The notes below the pieces were generated by a model. That model was not told the DNA's origin. It worked only from the letters and a program-made list of their open reading frames with translations, and did not search any database. Below are positions 1-10,488 of a stretch of DNA of 64,000 nt, one piece after another (the stretch's first letter is position 1; every line of letters begins with the position of its first letter). Source of the DNA: an uncultured Actinomycetota bacterium (GTDB lineage: Bacteria; Actinomycetota; Actinomycetes; Propionibacteriales; Nocardioidaceae). The DNA lies in NCBI GenBank assembly GCA_963701425.1, contig CAVPAG010000015.1, positions 171,621 to 235,620 of the forward strand, read 5' to 3'. A program made the translations under genes and the position numbers.

Positions 1-194
<194 letters not shown>

Positions 195-303
195 GGGCGC
201 AAGGCTACCCAGGGCCCCGGTCGCGTCGCACACCGAATATCCCGTCGGTCCGCCAGGCAGAAACAACCGGGTCGTCCCTGCCGACGTTTGGCATGATTCT
301 CCT

Positions 304-1323
304 GTGCACGACGAGCAGCTGACCCGCGACGAGCGGGTGCTCCGGGTCCGTTTCGCCGCGGACCCGGCGAGCGTGCCCGGTGCGCGCAGGTTCGTCGCGG
401 ACGGCCTACGCGCCTGGGGACACCACGACCTCGTCGAGGACGCGCAGCTCTGCGTGAGCGAGCTGGCCGGCAACGCTGCCCTCCATGGCAACGGCACCTA
501 CATCGAGGTCTACGTCGTCGACCTCGACACCGCGGTCCGGGTCGCCGTCGAGGACGACGGGCCGGCGCCGGCCGCTGCCATCGCACCACGCACCACTCTT
601 CCCGGCCTCGACGCGGCCTTCGACGCCGAGCTGGACGAGATCGCCGGGCTCGACGACCTCGAGCACCTCCTGGACGCGCCTGCGACCGGGCGCGGCCTGG
701 CCATCGTCTCCGTGCTGGCGAGCGACTGGGGGGTCGAGGAGCTGGAGAACGGCAAACGGGTGTGGGCAGACCTCGCTCCCGGCGGAACCTCTGCGGCGGC
801 CCGGCCGGTCCGCCGCTCGCCCGCGAATCCTGAGGCGTCGCGTGCCGGCACGGACACGGCCTTGCCCGACGGCTGGGCGGTCGTGAGGCTCGTCGGCTGC
901 CCGGTCGAGCTCAGCCTCCGCCAGGACCAGCACCTCGACGAGCTCGTCCGCGAGCTGACCCTGATGAACGTCGACAAGGCCAACGCGGAGTCCGCCGCGC
1001 TGGCCCGGAGGCTCGAGGCGATCCTGCGCGCGCCCGCGCACGCACGCGTCGCCGGCCGGCTCCAGACACAGGCGGCTCTCGACCGGGGCGAGCAGCTCGT
1101 CGACGTCGAGATGGCGATGCCGTCCGACTTCAGCCACGGGGTACGCCGCCTCGACGAGGCCGTCCGGGAGGCGGACGTGCTCTGCGACGAGCGGCGGCTG
1201 CTCACCCTCGCCTCCTCCCCCGACCTGCGGACCTTCCGGACCTGGATGACCGAGGAGATCGTCGGCCAGGTCGAGCGCGGCGCCGCTCCCGTCGCCTGGG
1301 CCGAGTGGCTCGCATCGCGCTGA
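304..1323 (+). CDS. ATP-binding protein with an N-terminal histidine-kinase-like ATPase / anti-sigma (RsbW-type) domain
   Basis: This is track ORF 73-1323. Its 5' part overlaps proS and has poor third-position GC, and the coding signal begins near in-frame GTG 304. Motifs: [26 protein letters not shown]. The C-terminal half is unassigned. Confidence 0.7.
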   Translation: MHDEQLTRDERVLRVRFAADPASVPGARRFVADGLRAWGHHDLVEDAQLCVSELAGNAALHGNGTYIEVYVVDLDTAVRVAVEDDGPAPAAAIAPRTTLPGLDAAFDAELDEIAGLDDLEHLLDAPATGRGLAIVSVLASDWGVEELENGKRVWADLAPGGTSAAARPVRRSPANPEASRAGTDTALPDGWAVVRLVGCPVELSLRQDQHLDELVRELTLMNVDKANAESAALARRLEAILRAPAHARVAGRLQTQAALDRGEQLVDVEMAMPSDFSHGVRRLDEAVREADVLCDERRLLTLASSPDLRTFRTWMTEEIVGQVERGAAPVAWAEWLASR

Positions 1324-1455
1324 CACGGACCCCGGACAGCCACAGCCCTTGTTGCGCGCTTTATCCGAGTCGCAGCAACGCAACCTCGGGCGCTCGCTCC
1401 GCGTCAAGGTGAAGACGCAGCCGTTCGGCTGTGCACCTACGCTCTGAGGACACAC

Positions 1456-2517
1456 ATGAACACACGCTCTCGGGCCGCCCGCCTCGCCGGCGTCCTGCTC
1501 GCAGCCCTCGTCGCCGCACCCCTGGCGACGAGCCCCTCGGCCGGCGCCGACGACTACCCTGCCGCCGAGACCATCCACCCGTCTGCCCTCGACAAGGGGC
1601 CGGCCACGCGGCTGCTCCGCGTCGTCGGCACCACGATCATCGACGGCGACGTACGCGTCGAGGTGGCGGGTGAGCACGTCTCGATGGTCGGCCGCAGCGG
1701 CGCCGACTACCTGGTCCTGACCACAGACGCCGACTACAGGAACTGGCAGCTGCTGCGGGTCACGCGCGAGGGGACCTCCAGCCGCATCGCGGGTGGTCCG
1801 ACCGACGCGCCTCAGGTCCTTCTCGCCGACGGCGGTGCCCACGTCGCGCTCCTCGGCTACACCAAGCAGGACGAGGCGGCCGTGCGCGTGGTGGACACGA
1901 GCACCGGCGCGTTGGTCCGGCGGCGCGAGTTCCGGATCACCGTCACCCCGCTCGACTTCGGGACGCGCCGGATGGTCCTCGGCGAGTGGGGAGGCAAGCG
2001 CGCACATCAGAGGACCTTCTGGTGGAACCCCTTCAACGACCGCGTCGTCGAGATCGCCGACAAACCCGGCTACATGGCCGACATCTCGGCGGACCGGTTC
2101 GGTGTCTCCCTCGGCGACCCCTACATGGGCGGCTGCCAGAAGGTGATGGCCCTGTCCGCGCCGCGCACCCGGCTGTGGCGCTCCTGCGCCGACCGCGTCC
2201 TCGAGTTCTCCCCGAACGGGAAGCGGATGGTGACCACGCACATCCTCAGCGACGGCGCCGGGCCGAACCAGGTGAAGATCCGCGGCGCCCGTGGCCGGCT
2301 CCTGGACACCTACCGGTCGCGCTGGTTCGGCGTCATCGCGTGGGAGACCGACAGCCGACTGCTGCTCCAGGCAGGTGACCGGAAGAGCGTCGCCATGGTC
2401 CGGTGCACGCTCAAGCGTTGCGAGCGGATCTCGAAGCTCTACCGCACCAACGGCCGGGACCCCTGGAACGTGATGCCGCTCTGGACGTTCGCGCCCGAGT
2501 CGCTCCTCGACCGCTGA
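1456..2517 (+). CDS. Secreted hypothetical protein (signal peptide)
   Basis: There is a GAGGA Shine-Dalgarno just upstream of the ATG. The N-terminus MNTRSRAARLAGVLLAALVAAPLATSPSAGA looks like a signal peptide. Third-position GC is high throughout. I did not recognise a family. Confidence 0.7.
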   Translation: MNTRSRAARLAGVLLAALVAAPLATSPSAGADDYPAAETIHPSALDKGPATRLLRVVGTTIIDGDVRVEVAGEHVSMVGRSGADYLVLTTDADYRNWQLLRVTREGTSSRIAGGPTDAPQVLLADGGAHVALLGYTKQDEAAVRVVDTSTGALVRRREFRITVTPLDFGTRRMVLGEWGGKRAHQRTFWWNPFNDRVVEIADKPGYMADISADRFGVSLGDPYMGGCQKVMALSAPRTRLWRSCADRVLEFSPNGKRMVTTHILSDGAGPNQVKIRGARGRLLDTYRSRWFGVIAWETDSRLLLQAGDRKSVAMVRCTLKRCERISKLYRTNGRDPWNVMPLWTFAPESLLDR

Positions 2518-2521
2518 GGCG

Positions 2522-3367
2522 TCAGAACATGATCGTGGAGAACACCGCGGTCTGCTCGAAGCCGACCGCCTCGTAGGCCCGCCGCGCCGGGAGGTTGTGG
2601 TCGTTGACGTAGAGCGACACGACCGGGGCGATCTCCCGCAAGGCGTGGTCGACCACTGCCGCCATCCCGGCCGTCGCGAGGCCCTCCCCGCGACGGTCGG
2701 GATCGACGTACACGCCCTGCACCTGGCAGGCGTACGGCGTGACCGCGGCGATCTCGGCCTTGAACACGACGCGGTCGTCCTCGATGCGGGCGAACGACCA
2801 GCCCTTGCCGATCAGCTGCGCGACCCGGGCGCGGTACATGTCGGCCCCGCCGCCGAGCTCGGGCGAGATGCCCACCTCCTCGGTGTACATCGCCACGCAC
2901 GCCGGGTAGAGCGTCTCCAGGTCGTCGTGCGTGGTCCGGCAGACGGCGGGGTCGGGGGCGACCTTGGGCGCGGTGCTGATCTCGAGGTGCGGCTGGTTCC
3001 ACCGGAACTCCCGCGGGCGCGACCAGTGGTCCGAGAGGTGGCTCCAGAGCCCGGCAACCATGTCCGCAGGGCCCACGATCGTCGAGCAGCGCCGACGCTG
3101 CCGGATGCCGCGGGCGGCGAAGGCCGCGATCGCCTCCGGCCCCGCGTTGACGGGCACCAGGTTCGCGGCAGCGTGGCACGCGGCGACGAGCTCGCCGTCC
3201 TCGACGTACCCCCACATCTCCCCGCCCATCCAGCGCGGGTCGAGCTGGGTCACCCGGGCACGGTAGTCGACGAAGACGTTGACCACCGGCTCGCGCGCGA
3301 CGAGCTCCGACATCGCGGGGAGGTCGGAGGGGCCGAGAAGGCGCAGTCCGTGCTGAGTCCGGAGCAC
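2522..3367 (-). CDS. GNAT family N-acetyltransferase (the type found next to ispG in actinobacteria)
   Basis: It has a C-terminal GNAT core (RRGEGLATAGMAAVV...NLPARRAYEAVGFE). Its position immediately downstream of ispG matches the mycobacterial arrangement. Confidence 0.8.
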   Translation of the reverse strand: MLRTQHGLRLLGPSDLPAMSELVAREPVVNVFVDYRARVTQLDPRWMGGEMWGYVEDGELVAACHAAANLVPVNAGPEAIAAFAARGIRQRRRCSTIVGPADMVAGLWSHLSDHWSRPREFRWNQPHLEISTAPKVAPDPAVCRTTHDDLETLYPACVAMYTEEVGISPELGGGADMYRARVAQLIGKGWSFARIEDDRVVFKAEIAAVTPYACQVQGVYVDPDRRGEGLATAGMAAVVDHALREIAPVVSLYVNDHNLPARRAYEAVGFEQTAVFSTIMF

Positions 3368-3481
3368 GTACGGGAGCCTACGTCACAGGCCGCCGGTCAC
3401 GGGGGGCGTTCCGCGCAGCGCGGAGGCCGGTCCCGGACGCGTCCGCAGCCCGCGCAGAGGTACGACGGGCGGGGCCGATCG

Positions 3482-4642
3482 TCAGCCGACGGTGACCGTC
3501 GGGGCACCGCCGTCGCCGTCGACGGGCTCGCCCATCTCCTCGGCGATCCGCATGGCCTCCTCGATCAGGGTCTCGACGATCTTCGACTCGGGGACGGTCT
3601 TGATCACCTCTCCCTTGACGAAGATCTGGCCCTTGCCGTTGCCGGAGGCGACGCCCAGGTCGGCCTCGCGGGCCTCGCCGGGACCGTTCACGACGCAGCC
3701 CATGACGGCGACGCGCAGCGGGACCTCGAGCCCCTCGAGACCGGCGGTCACCTCGTCGGCGAGCTTGTAGACGTCGACCTGGGCGCGGCCGCAGGAGGGG
3801 CAGGAGACGATCTCGAGCCGGCGCGGCCGGAGGTTGAGCGACTCCAGGATCTGCTGGCCGACCTTGACCTCCTCGACCGGGGGCGCGGACAGCGAGACCC
3901 GGATCGTGTCGCCGATGCCCTTCGACAGCAGGGCGCCGAAGGCGACGCTGGACTTGATGGTGCCCTGGAAGGCCGGACCGGCCTCGGTGACCCCGAGGTG
4001 CAGCGGCCAGTCGCCGCGCTCGGAGAGCATCTCGTAGGCGCGGACCATCACGACCGGGTCGTTGTGCTTCACCGAGATCTTGAAGTCGTGGAAGTCGTGC
4101 TCCTCGAACAGCGAGGCCTCCCAGACCGCGGACTCGACGAGCGCCTCGGGCGTGGCCTTGCCGTACTTCTGGAGCAGGCGTGGGTCGAGCGAGCCGGCGT
4201 TGACGCCGATCCGGATCGAGGTGCCGTGGTCCTTGGCGGCCCGCGCAATCTGCTTGACCTGGTCGTCGAACTTCCGGATGTTGCCCGGGTTCACCCGCAC
4301 CGCGGCACAGCCGGCCTCGATGGCGGCGAAGACGTACTTCGGCTGGAAGTGGATGTCGGCGATGACCGGGATCTGCGAGTGCTGCGCGATCTCCGGCAAC
4401 GCGTCTGCGTCGTCCTGCGAGGGGCAGGCCACCCGGACGATGTCGCAGCCGGCCGCGGTGAGCTCGGCGATCTGCTGGAGCGTGGTGTTCACGTCCGAGG
4501 TGACGGTGGTCGTCATCGACTGGACGGAGATCGGGGCGTCTCCCCCGACGAGGACCTTGCCGACCTTGATCTGGCGGGTCTTGCGCCGATCGGCGAGCAC
4601 CGGCGGCGGGGCGGCGGGCATTCCGAGGTCGACCGAGGTCAT
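3482..4642 (-). CDS. ispG: 4-hydroxy-3-methylbut-2-en-1-yl diphosphate synthase (flavodoxin)
   Basis: A full-length 386-aa ORF with IspG/GcpE hallmarks: [26 protein letters not shown]. Confidence 0.95.
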   Translation of the reverse strand: MTSVDLGMPAAPPPVLADRRKTRQIKVGKVLVGGDAPISVQSMTTTVTSDVNTTLQQIAELTAAGCDIVRVACPSQDDADALPEIAQHSQIPVIADIHFQPKYVFAAIEAGCAAVRVNPGNIRKFDDQVKQIARAAKDHGTSIRIGVNAGSLDPRLLQKYGKATPEALVESAVWEASLFEEHDFHDFKISVKHNDPVVMVRAYEMLSERGDWPLHLGVTEAGPAFQGTIKSSVAFGALLSKGIGDTIRVSLSAPPVEEVKVGQQILESLNLRPRRLEIVSCPSCGRAQVDVYKLADEVTAGLEGLEVPLRVAVMGCVVNGPGEAREADLGVASGNGKGQIFVKGEVIKTVPESKIVETLIEEAMRIAEEMGEPVDGDGGAPTVTVG

Positions 4643-4763
4643 GGGGCGGTTCCTTCTCTCACTGTTCTTCAGGCGGGTCTCGGCGGGCTCGACCAGCAGG
4701 CGACGGGCTCGACCGGAGGGCGCTCGCGTGGCCGGTGAGGACTGCGCGACGTCCGCCTCGACG

Positions 4764-6098
4764 TTACCCGAGCCGGACGGGCGCGACGATGTCGGCGTAG
4801 ATCAGGACGACGCTCATCACGAGGATCACCCCGGCCATGACGTAGGCGACGGGCAGCAGCTTCGCGACGTCGAAGTAGCCCGGGTCGGGGCGTCCGAGGA
4901 GGCGGGCGATCCCGCGGCGGACCGCCTCGTAGAGGGCTCCGGCGATGTGGCCGCCGTCGAGCGGCAGCAGCGGGATGAAGTTGAACATGCCCACGAAGAG
5001 GTTGATGCCGCCGAGCAGCATGAGCAGGCTGACGAACCTGTCGCCGATCGGGATCTCGTGGGTGGAGGCGACCTCGCCCGCCACGCGGCTCGCGCCCACC
5101 ACGCTCATCGGGCTGTCGTCGGCACGCTCGGTGATGCCGAGAGCGGCCTGGCCGACCTCCCACAGCTTCACCGGCAGGCTGCCGAGAGCCTTGAGGGTCT
5201 CCCAGGTGTAGTCGCCCATCGTGACGACCACGAACAGCGGACCCTTCTGCTCCCGCACCAGCTCAGGTGCGACGCCCAGGAAGCCGACCTGGACGTACTC
5301 GCCGGAGTCCTCGAGGTCGGGGCGGGCCGAGACCAGGGTGTTCGTGGTGGTGGTGCGACGCTCGCCGTCGCGTTCGTAGACGATCGTCGCGGCGCCGTCC
5401 TCGTTGGCCCGGATCATCGAGCTGAGCTGGTCCCACGAGGTGACCTCGGTGCCGTTCATCTCGACGATCCGGTCACCCGTCTGGAGACCCGCCGCTCTCG
5501 CGGGCGCCACCGGGTCGGCGTCGGTGCAGGTCCGGTCCGGGTCGGGCTCGCTCGCGGCGACCACGCAGTCGGAGACCTCGTCGACGGTCGTCGTGGGCTC
5601 GAGCACGCCGTGCAGCATGAAGACGCCGCCGAAGAGCAGGAAGGCGAGCACCAGGTTCACCATCGGCCCGCCGGCCATCACGATGACCTTCTTCCACCAC
5701 GGGAGCCGGTAGAAGAGCCGTTCCTCGTCGCCGGGCTCCACGAGCTCGTACTCCGCCGCACGGGCGTCGGAGATGATCTGCGTGAACATCCCTGTGTTGC
5801 TCTTGCGGATCCGGAGCTGTCCGTCCGGGGCCTGCTCCGGTCGCGCGTCGTGGTCCCCGGGCGGGAGCATGCCGACGAGCTTGACGTAGCCGCCGAGCGG
5901 GATCGCCTTGACGCCGTACTCGGTCTCGCCCTTGCGGCGCGACCACACGGTGTTGCCGAAGCCGACGAAGTACTGGGTGACCTTGACCCCGAACTTCTTC
6001 GCGGGCACCAGGTGGCCGACCTCGTGCAGCCCGATGGACACGGCCACGCCGACGACGAAGAGCACGACGCCCAGGGCGTACATGACCACGGTGATCAT
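4764..6098 (-). CDS. rip1: Site-2 (M50) zinc metalloprotease with PDZ domain, Rip1/RseP-like
   Basis: It has HEVGHLV (HExxH) in the first TM segment and the C-terminal [12 protein letters not shown] motif. It shows conserved synteny between ispG and dxr. It overlaps the dxr stop by 4 nt (ATGA). Confidence 0.92.
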   Translation of the reverse strand: MITVVMYALGVVLFVVGVAVSIGLHEVGHLVPAKKFGVKVTQYFVGFGNTVWSRRKGETEYGVKAIPLGGYVKLVGMLPPGDHDARPEQAPDGQLRIRKSNTGMFTQIISDARAAEYELVEPGDEERLFYRLPWWKKVIVMAGGPMVNLVLAFLLFGGVFMLHGVLEPTTTVDEVSDCVVAASEPDPDRTCTDADPVAPARAAGLQTGDRIVEMNGTEVTSWDQLSSMIRANEDGAATIVYERDGERRTTTTNTLVSARPDLEDSGEYVQVGFLGVAPELVREQKGPLFVVVTMGDYTWETLKALGSLPVKLWEVGQAALGITERADDSPMSVVGASRVAGEVASTHEIPIGDRFVSLLMLLGGINLFVGMFNFIPLLPLDGGHIAGALYEAVRRGIARLLGRPDPGYFDVAKLLPVAYVMAGVILVMSVVLIYADIVAPVRLG

Positions 6099-7207
6099 CG
6101 ACGGTGCTCCAGCTCGTTGCGGGTCTCGGTGCGTGCCCAGGCGTCAGCGGCCAGCACGTCCTCGACGGTGAGGTCCTTCTCAGAAGAGGGTACGTCGTGG
6201 CGTCTGAGGACGGCCTCGATAGTCGGGACGATGCCGGTGAACCGCATCCTTCCGGACATGAAGGCGTCGACGCAGACCTCGTTCGCGGCGTTGTAGACCG
6301 CGGGAGCGGTGCCGCCGCGGCCCCCTGCCTCGCGGGCCAGGCGCACCGCCGGGAACGCCTCGTCGTCGAGGGGGAAGAACTCCCACGTCTCGGGCCGCGT
6401 CCAGTCGACCGCGGGAGCGGCGTCGCGGACGCGGTCGGGCCAGGCCATGCCGAGGGCGATCGGGATCATCATCGACGGCGGTGACGCCTGTGCGAGCGTC
6501 GACCCGTCATGGAACTCGACCATCGAGTGGACCACCGAGGTCGGGTGTACGACGACCTCGATCGCGTCGAAGGGGATGCCGAAGAGCAGGTGCGCCTCGA
6601 TCACCTCCAGGCCCTTGTTGACCAGGGTCGCGGAGTTGATCGTGACCACCGGGCCCATCGACCACGTCGGGTGGGCCAGCGCCTGCTCGGGGGTGACGTC
6701 GTGGAGCTCGTCGCGGGTCCGGCCGCGGAACGGGCCGCCGCTCGCGGTGAGCACGAGCTTGCGCACCTCGTCGAGCCGGCCGCTGCGCAGGCACTGGGCG
6801 AGCGCGCTGTGCTCGCTGTCGACCGGCACGATCTGGCCGGGCTTGGCCCGCGAGGTGACCACCGGACCGCCGATGATCAGCGACTCCTTGTTGGCGAGGG
6901 CCAAGGTGGTGCCGGCGTCGAGCGCGGCGAGGGTCGGCCGCAGGCCCACGGCGCCGGTGATGCCGTTGAGGACGACGTCGCACGCCAGGCCCGCCGCCTC
7001 GACGGAGGCCTCCTCCCCCAGCCCGGAGTACGCCGGCGCGAACTCCTCGCACTGGGACCGGAAGAGGTCGGGGTTCGACCCACCCGCGGTCAGCCCCACC
7101 ACCCGGAACGACCCCGGGTTGGCCCGGACGACGTCGAGTGCCTGGGTCCCGATCGACCCGGTGGATCCGAGGATGACGACGTCACGACGCGAGCTCATGC
7201 GGCTCAT
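6095..7207 (-). CDS. dxr: 1-deoxy-D-xylulose-5-phosphate reductoisomerase
   Basis: Motifs: [30 protein letters not shown]. The track ORF extends to 7249, but the first 14 codons have weak GC3. ATG 7207 or ATG 7198 follows GAAAGG/AAGGATGA SD-like sequence, so the start is uncertain within 7198-7249. Confidence 0.93.
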   Translation of the reverse strand: MSRMSSRRDVVILGSTGSIGTQALDVVRANPGSFRVVGLTAGGSNPDLFRSQCEEFAPAYSGLGEEASVEAAGLACDVVLNGITGAVGLRPTLAALDAGTTLALANKESLIIGGPVVTSRAKPGQIVPVDSEHSALAQCLRSGRLDEVRKLVLTASGGPFRGRTRDELHDVTPEQALAHPTWSMGPVVTINSATLVNKGLEVIEAHLLFGIPFDAIEVVVHPTSVVHSMVEFHDGSTLAQASPPSMMIPIALGMAWPDRVRDAAPAVDWTRPETWEFFPLDDEAFPAVRLAREAGGRGGTAPAVYNAANEVCVDAFMSGRMRFTGIVPTIEAVLRRHDVPSSEKDLTVEDVLAADAWARTETRNELEHRR

Positions 7208-7506
7208 CCTTTCACCGGCCACTCCCTGCCCCTCTCCTCGGGACGTCATCCGTTCTGGTCGCTATCGCGCGCGCCGGACGTAGGCCATCAGCCCCTCGGC
7301 GGCCCTGTCCGTGTCGAGCCGCATGACCTCACCCGACCAGCGCCGAGTCTCCTCGGCCGCCCACGGGTCCGTCCTCCCACGAGCCGGCTATCAGCAACGG
7401 AATCGTTCTTCTCATCGCACTATCGCCACTGTTTCCATACCGACCACCTGACTTTGACCGTCTGATCCGTAGCCAAGTCTCCGACGCGCACCCTAACCTG
7501 TTCACC

Positions 7507-8868
7507 ATGCACGACGAAGGTTCATCGACACACCCAGGCGGTCCGGGTCTCCCCCAGGAGCGGCGACTTGTCACCGAGATCCCCGGTCCGGTCTCCAAGG
7601 CCAAGCTCGCCCGGCGGCAGCAGTACGTGGCATCCGGTGTCGGTACGACGCTCCCGGTGTTCGTCGAGGCGGCAGGGGGCGGCGTCCTCGTCGACGCCGA
7701 CGGCAACTCGCTCATCGACCTCGGGTCCGGCATCGCCGTCACCAGCGTCGGCAACGCTGCCCCCGAGGTCACCCGCCGCGTGGTGGAGCAGGTGAACGCG
7801 TTCACGCACACCTGCTTCATGGTCACGCCCTACGACGGCTACGTCGACGTGTGCGAGCAGCTCGCCGAGCTGACTCCGGGCGACCACGCGAAGAAGTCGG
7901 CGCTGTTCAACTCGGGCGCGGAGGCCGTCGAGAACGCCGTGAAGATCGCCCGCTCCTACACGGGACGCGACGCGGTCGCGGTGTTCGACCACGCCTACCA
8001 CGGCAGGACGAACCTGACGATGGCGATGACGGCCAAGAACATGCCGTACAAGCAGGGGTTCGGGCCGTTCGCGAACGAGGTGTACCGCGCCCCGGTCTCC
8101 TACCCGTTCCGCGAGCCCGTGGCGATCAGCGGCGAGCAGGCTGCCGAGCGCGCGATCGACGTACTCGACAAGCAGGTGGGGCCCGGCAACCTGGCGTGCG
8201 TGGTGATCGAGCCGATCCTCGGCGAGGGCGGCTTCGTCGTCCCGGCCGACGGCTTCCTTCCCCGGCTGCGGGAGTGGACGCAGGAGCACGGCATCGTCCT
8301 CGTCGCCGACGAGATCCAGACCGGCTTCTGCCGCACCGGCGACTGGTTCGCCTGCGACCACGAGGGGGTCGTCCCGGACCTCGTCACCACCGCCAAGGGA
8401 CTCGCCGGCGGGCTTCCGCTGGCCGGGGTCACCGGCCGGGCGGAGATCATGGACGCGGTGCACGTCGGAGGGCTCGGCGGCACCTACGGGGGTAACCCGG
8501 TCGCCTGCGCGGCGGCTCTCGGCGCGATCGAGGCGATGCGCAAGCACGACCTCACGAAGCGTGCGCGGGAGATCGGCAGCACCATGCAGCAGCGGCTGGC
8601 CGACATCGCGCTTCGCCATCCCACGGCAGCCGACATCCGGGGCCGTGGCGCCATGATGGCGATCGAGATCGTCGGCGCGGACGGGCTGACCCCTGACCCC
8701 GTTCGCGCCGGCTCGGTCTCGGCGTACTGCCACGCCCGAGGCGTCGTGACGCTGACCGCCGGCACCTACGGCAACGTCCTGCGCTTCCTCCCGCCGCTGG
8801 CGATGCCCGACCACCTGCTCGCCGAGGCCTTCGACGTGGTCGCCGAGGCGTTCGACGCGACGGCGTGA
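7507..8868 (+). CDS. gabT: 4-aminobutyrate--2-oxoglutarate aminotransferase (class III PLP aminotransferase)
   Basis: N-terminus ...LPQERRLVTEIPGP; DEIQTGFCRTG; PLP-lysine region TTAKGLAGGLP. Confidence 0.88.
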   Translation: MHDEGSSTHPGGPGLPQERRLVTEIPGPVSKAKLARRQQYVASGVGTTLPVFVEAAGGGVLVDADGNSLIDLGSGIAVTSVGNAAPEVTRRVVEQVNAFTHTCFMVTPYDGYVDVCEQLAELTPGDHAKKSALFNSGAEAVENAVKIARSYTGRDAVAVFDHAYHGRTNLTMAMTAKNMPYKQGFGPFANEVYRAPVSYPFREPVAISGEQAAERAIDVLDKQVGPGNLACVVIEPILGEGGFVVPADGFLPRLREWTQEHGIVLVADEIQTGFCRTGDWFACDHEGVVPDLVTTAKGLAGGLPLAGVTGRAEIMDAVHVGGLGGTYGGNPVACAAALGAIEAMRKHDLTKRAREIGSTMQQRLADIALRHPTAADIRGRGAMMAIEIVGADGLTPDPVRAGSVSAYCHARGVVTLTAGTYGNVLRFLPPLAMPDHLLAEAFDVVAEAFDATA

Positions 8869-8963
8869 AACTGCCCATCTGCGGGACGTATGCCCCGCGC
8901 TGTTCCTAAGATGCACAAAAGGGAATGCTTCGGGGGGTCCCGCTTGATGGAGGGAGAGCATCC

Positions 8964-9257
8964 ATGGGCGTATCGGTGACCGGTGCGAGCGGCAACTCGG
9001 TTGCGCGCCTGACGACTCTGTTCTCCGTCCTCGGAGTGCTCGGCAGCGTGGGCTTCTACCTCTACGGGCCAGCCGTCACGCCTGCCCTCCACGGCGCGGC
9101 GATGGCCGAGTGCAACGAGCTGGTCGGCGGCAACTACCGCAGCTACCACCTCGAGTGGGTCGTGGACACCCGGCCGCACTGGCTGTGCAGCAACCGCTAC
9201 AAGCCGGCCGAGGACCCGATCGAGATGGGCTGGTGGGTGACCCCCGGCCTCTTCTGA
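8964..9257 (+). CDS. Small hypothetical membrane protein (one TM segment)
   Basis: GGAGGGA lies 6 nt upstream of ATG 8964. GC3 is strong across the ORF. Hydrophobic stretch LTTLFSVLGVLGSVGFYLYG. No family recognised. Confidence 0.55.
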   Translation: MGVSVTGASGNSVARLTTLFSVLGVLGSVGFYLYGPAVTPALHGAAMAECNELVGGNYRSYHLEWVVDTRPHWLCSNRYKPAEDPIEMGWWVTPGLF

Positions 9258-9284
9258 GAGGCCGGGGGTACCTCCCTCCCCGGG

Positions 9285-10484
9285 CTAGTCGTCCCGCTGA
9301 CCCCACGGCGAGCCGTACTCGACGAGCAGGTCGAGGAACGGCACCGCGTCGAAGGCCTCCGGGCCCAGCACACCGCTGCCGCTCCACGTGCCCGCCGCCA
9401 GCAGCTCGAGCGCGACCACGGGGTTCACCGCGGTCTGCCACACGACGCACTGGTGGCCGTACTCCGTCATCGACCACGCGTTGTCGACCACGTGATAGAG
9501 GTACGTCGACCGCGGCCGGCCGTCCTTGCCCGTGCCCGTGACGTACAGGCCAGCGCAGGTCTTGCCGTGCATCCGGTCGCCCAGGGTGGCGGGGTCGGGC
9601 AGGCAGGCGGCCACGACGTCGCGCGGTGACACCTCCACCCCGCCGGCCCGGACCTTGTCGGTGCGGTCGAGGCCCAGCTTGTGCAGGGTCTTGAGCACCT
9701 CGATGAACTCGTTGCCGAGGCCGTACTTGAAGGTCACGCGCCGGGCGTCGACCCAGCGCGGCATCAGCAGCACCTCTTCGTGCTCGACGTTGACGCACTC
9801 GACCGGGCCGATGCCCTCGGGGAAGTCGAACACCTCCGGCTCGCTGAACGGCGGGGTCGTGAACCAGCCCCGGTCCTTCTCCCAGACGACCGGCGGGTTG
9901 AGGCACTCCTCGATCGTCGTCCAGATGGAGAAGGACGGGGCGAACTCGTAGCCCTCGACGGTCAGGTTGGCGCCGTCACGCGTGCCGAGCTCGTCGATCT
10001 CCGAGAAGAGGTGGTCCGCGGCGTACCTCGCGAACACGTCGGAGAGCCCCGGCTCCACGCCGATGCCGCAGAGGGCCAGCCGGCCCGCCGCTTCCCACTC
10101 CCCCGCCTTGGCGAACTGCTCGTCACCGAGCTTGACGCCGGCCTCTTCGTAGGGCCTCTCGGGGTGTGGCCGCGAGAGGCTCATCGCCATGTCGAGGTAG
10201 TCCGCCCCGGCGGCGAGCGCACCGTCGAAGATCGGCATCACGAACCGCGGGTCCACGGCGTTCATCACGTGGGTCACCCCGTGCTCACGCGCGAGGGCGG
10301 CCACGCGGTCCGCGCTCGAGGCGTCCACCTGTGCCGCGACGAACCGGTCGTCGGCGGAGGCTGCCTTCTCGGCGCGAGCGAGGTCGTAGTCGGCGACGAC
10401 GATCGTCTCGTAGAAGTCGCGTCGTGCCGCGATCGCGGTGAACGCCGCTCCTACGCCACCGGAGCCGACCAGCAGGATGCGCAC
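9285..10484 (-). CDS. Saccharopine dehydrogenase / carboxynorspermidine dehydrogenase family NAD(P)-binding enzyme
   Basis: The real start is GTG 10484 (VRILLVGSGGVGAAF, Rossmann GxGxxG). A GGGGAG SD lies inside the ALDH 3' end. The 5' extension of the track ORF overlaps the ALDH and is shadow sequence. Confidence 0.8.
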   Translation of the reverse strand: MRILLVGSGGVGAAFTAIAARRDFYETIVVADYDLARAEKAASADDRFVAAQVDASSADRVAALAREHGVTHVMNAVDPRFVMPIFDGALAAGADYLDMAMSLSRPHPERPYEEAGVKLGDEQFAKAGEWEAAGRLALCGIGVEPGLSDVFARYAADHLFSEIDELGTRDGANLTVEGYEFAPSFSIWTTIEECLNPPVVWEKDRGWFTTPPFSEPEVFDFPEGIGPVECVNVEHEEVLLMPRWVDARRVTFKYGLGNEFIEVLKTLHKLGLDRTDKVRAGGVEVSPRDVVAACLPDPATLGDRMHGKTCAGLYVTGTGKDGRPRSTYLYHVVDNAWSMTEYGHQCVVWQTAVNPVVALELLAAGTWSGSGVLGPEAFDAVPFLDLLVEYGSPWGQRDD

Positions 10485-10488
10485 CGGC

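Noticed and set aside
406-6296. Long ORFs 406-2241(-), 2597-4738(+) and 4062-6296(+), at 611-744 aa.
   Set aside because: They are all antisense or out of frame relative to genes with clear family motifs (the ATP-binding protein, GNAT, ispG, rip1). They have Arg/Gly/Asp-rich low-complexity translations and are GC-driven shadow ORFs.
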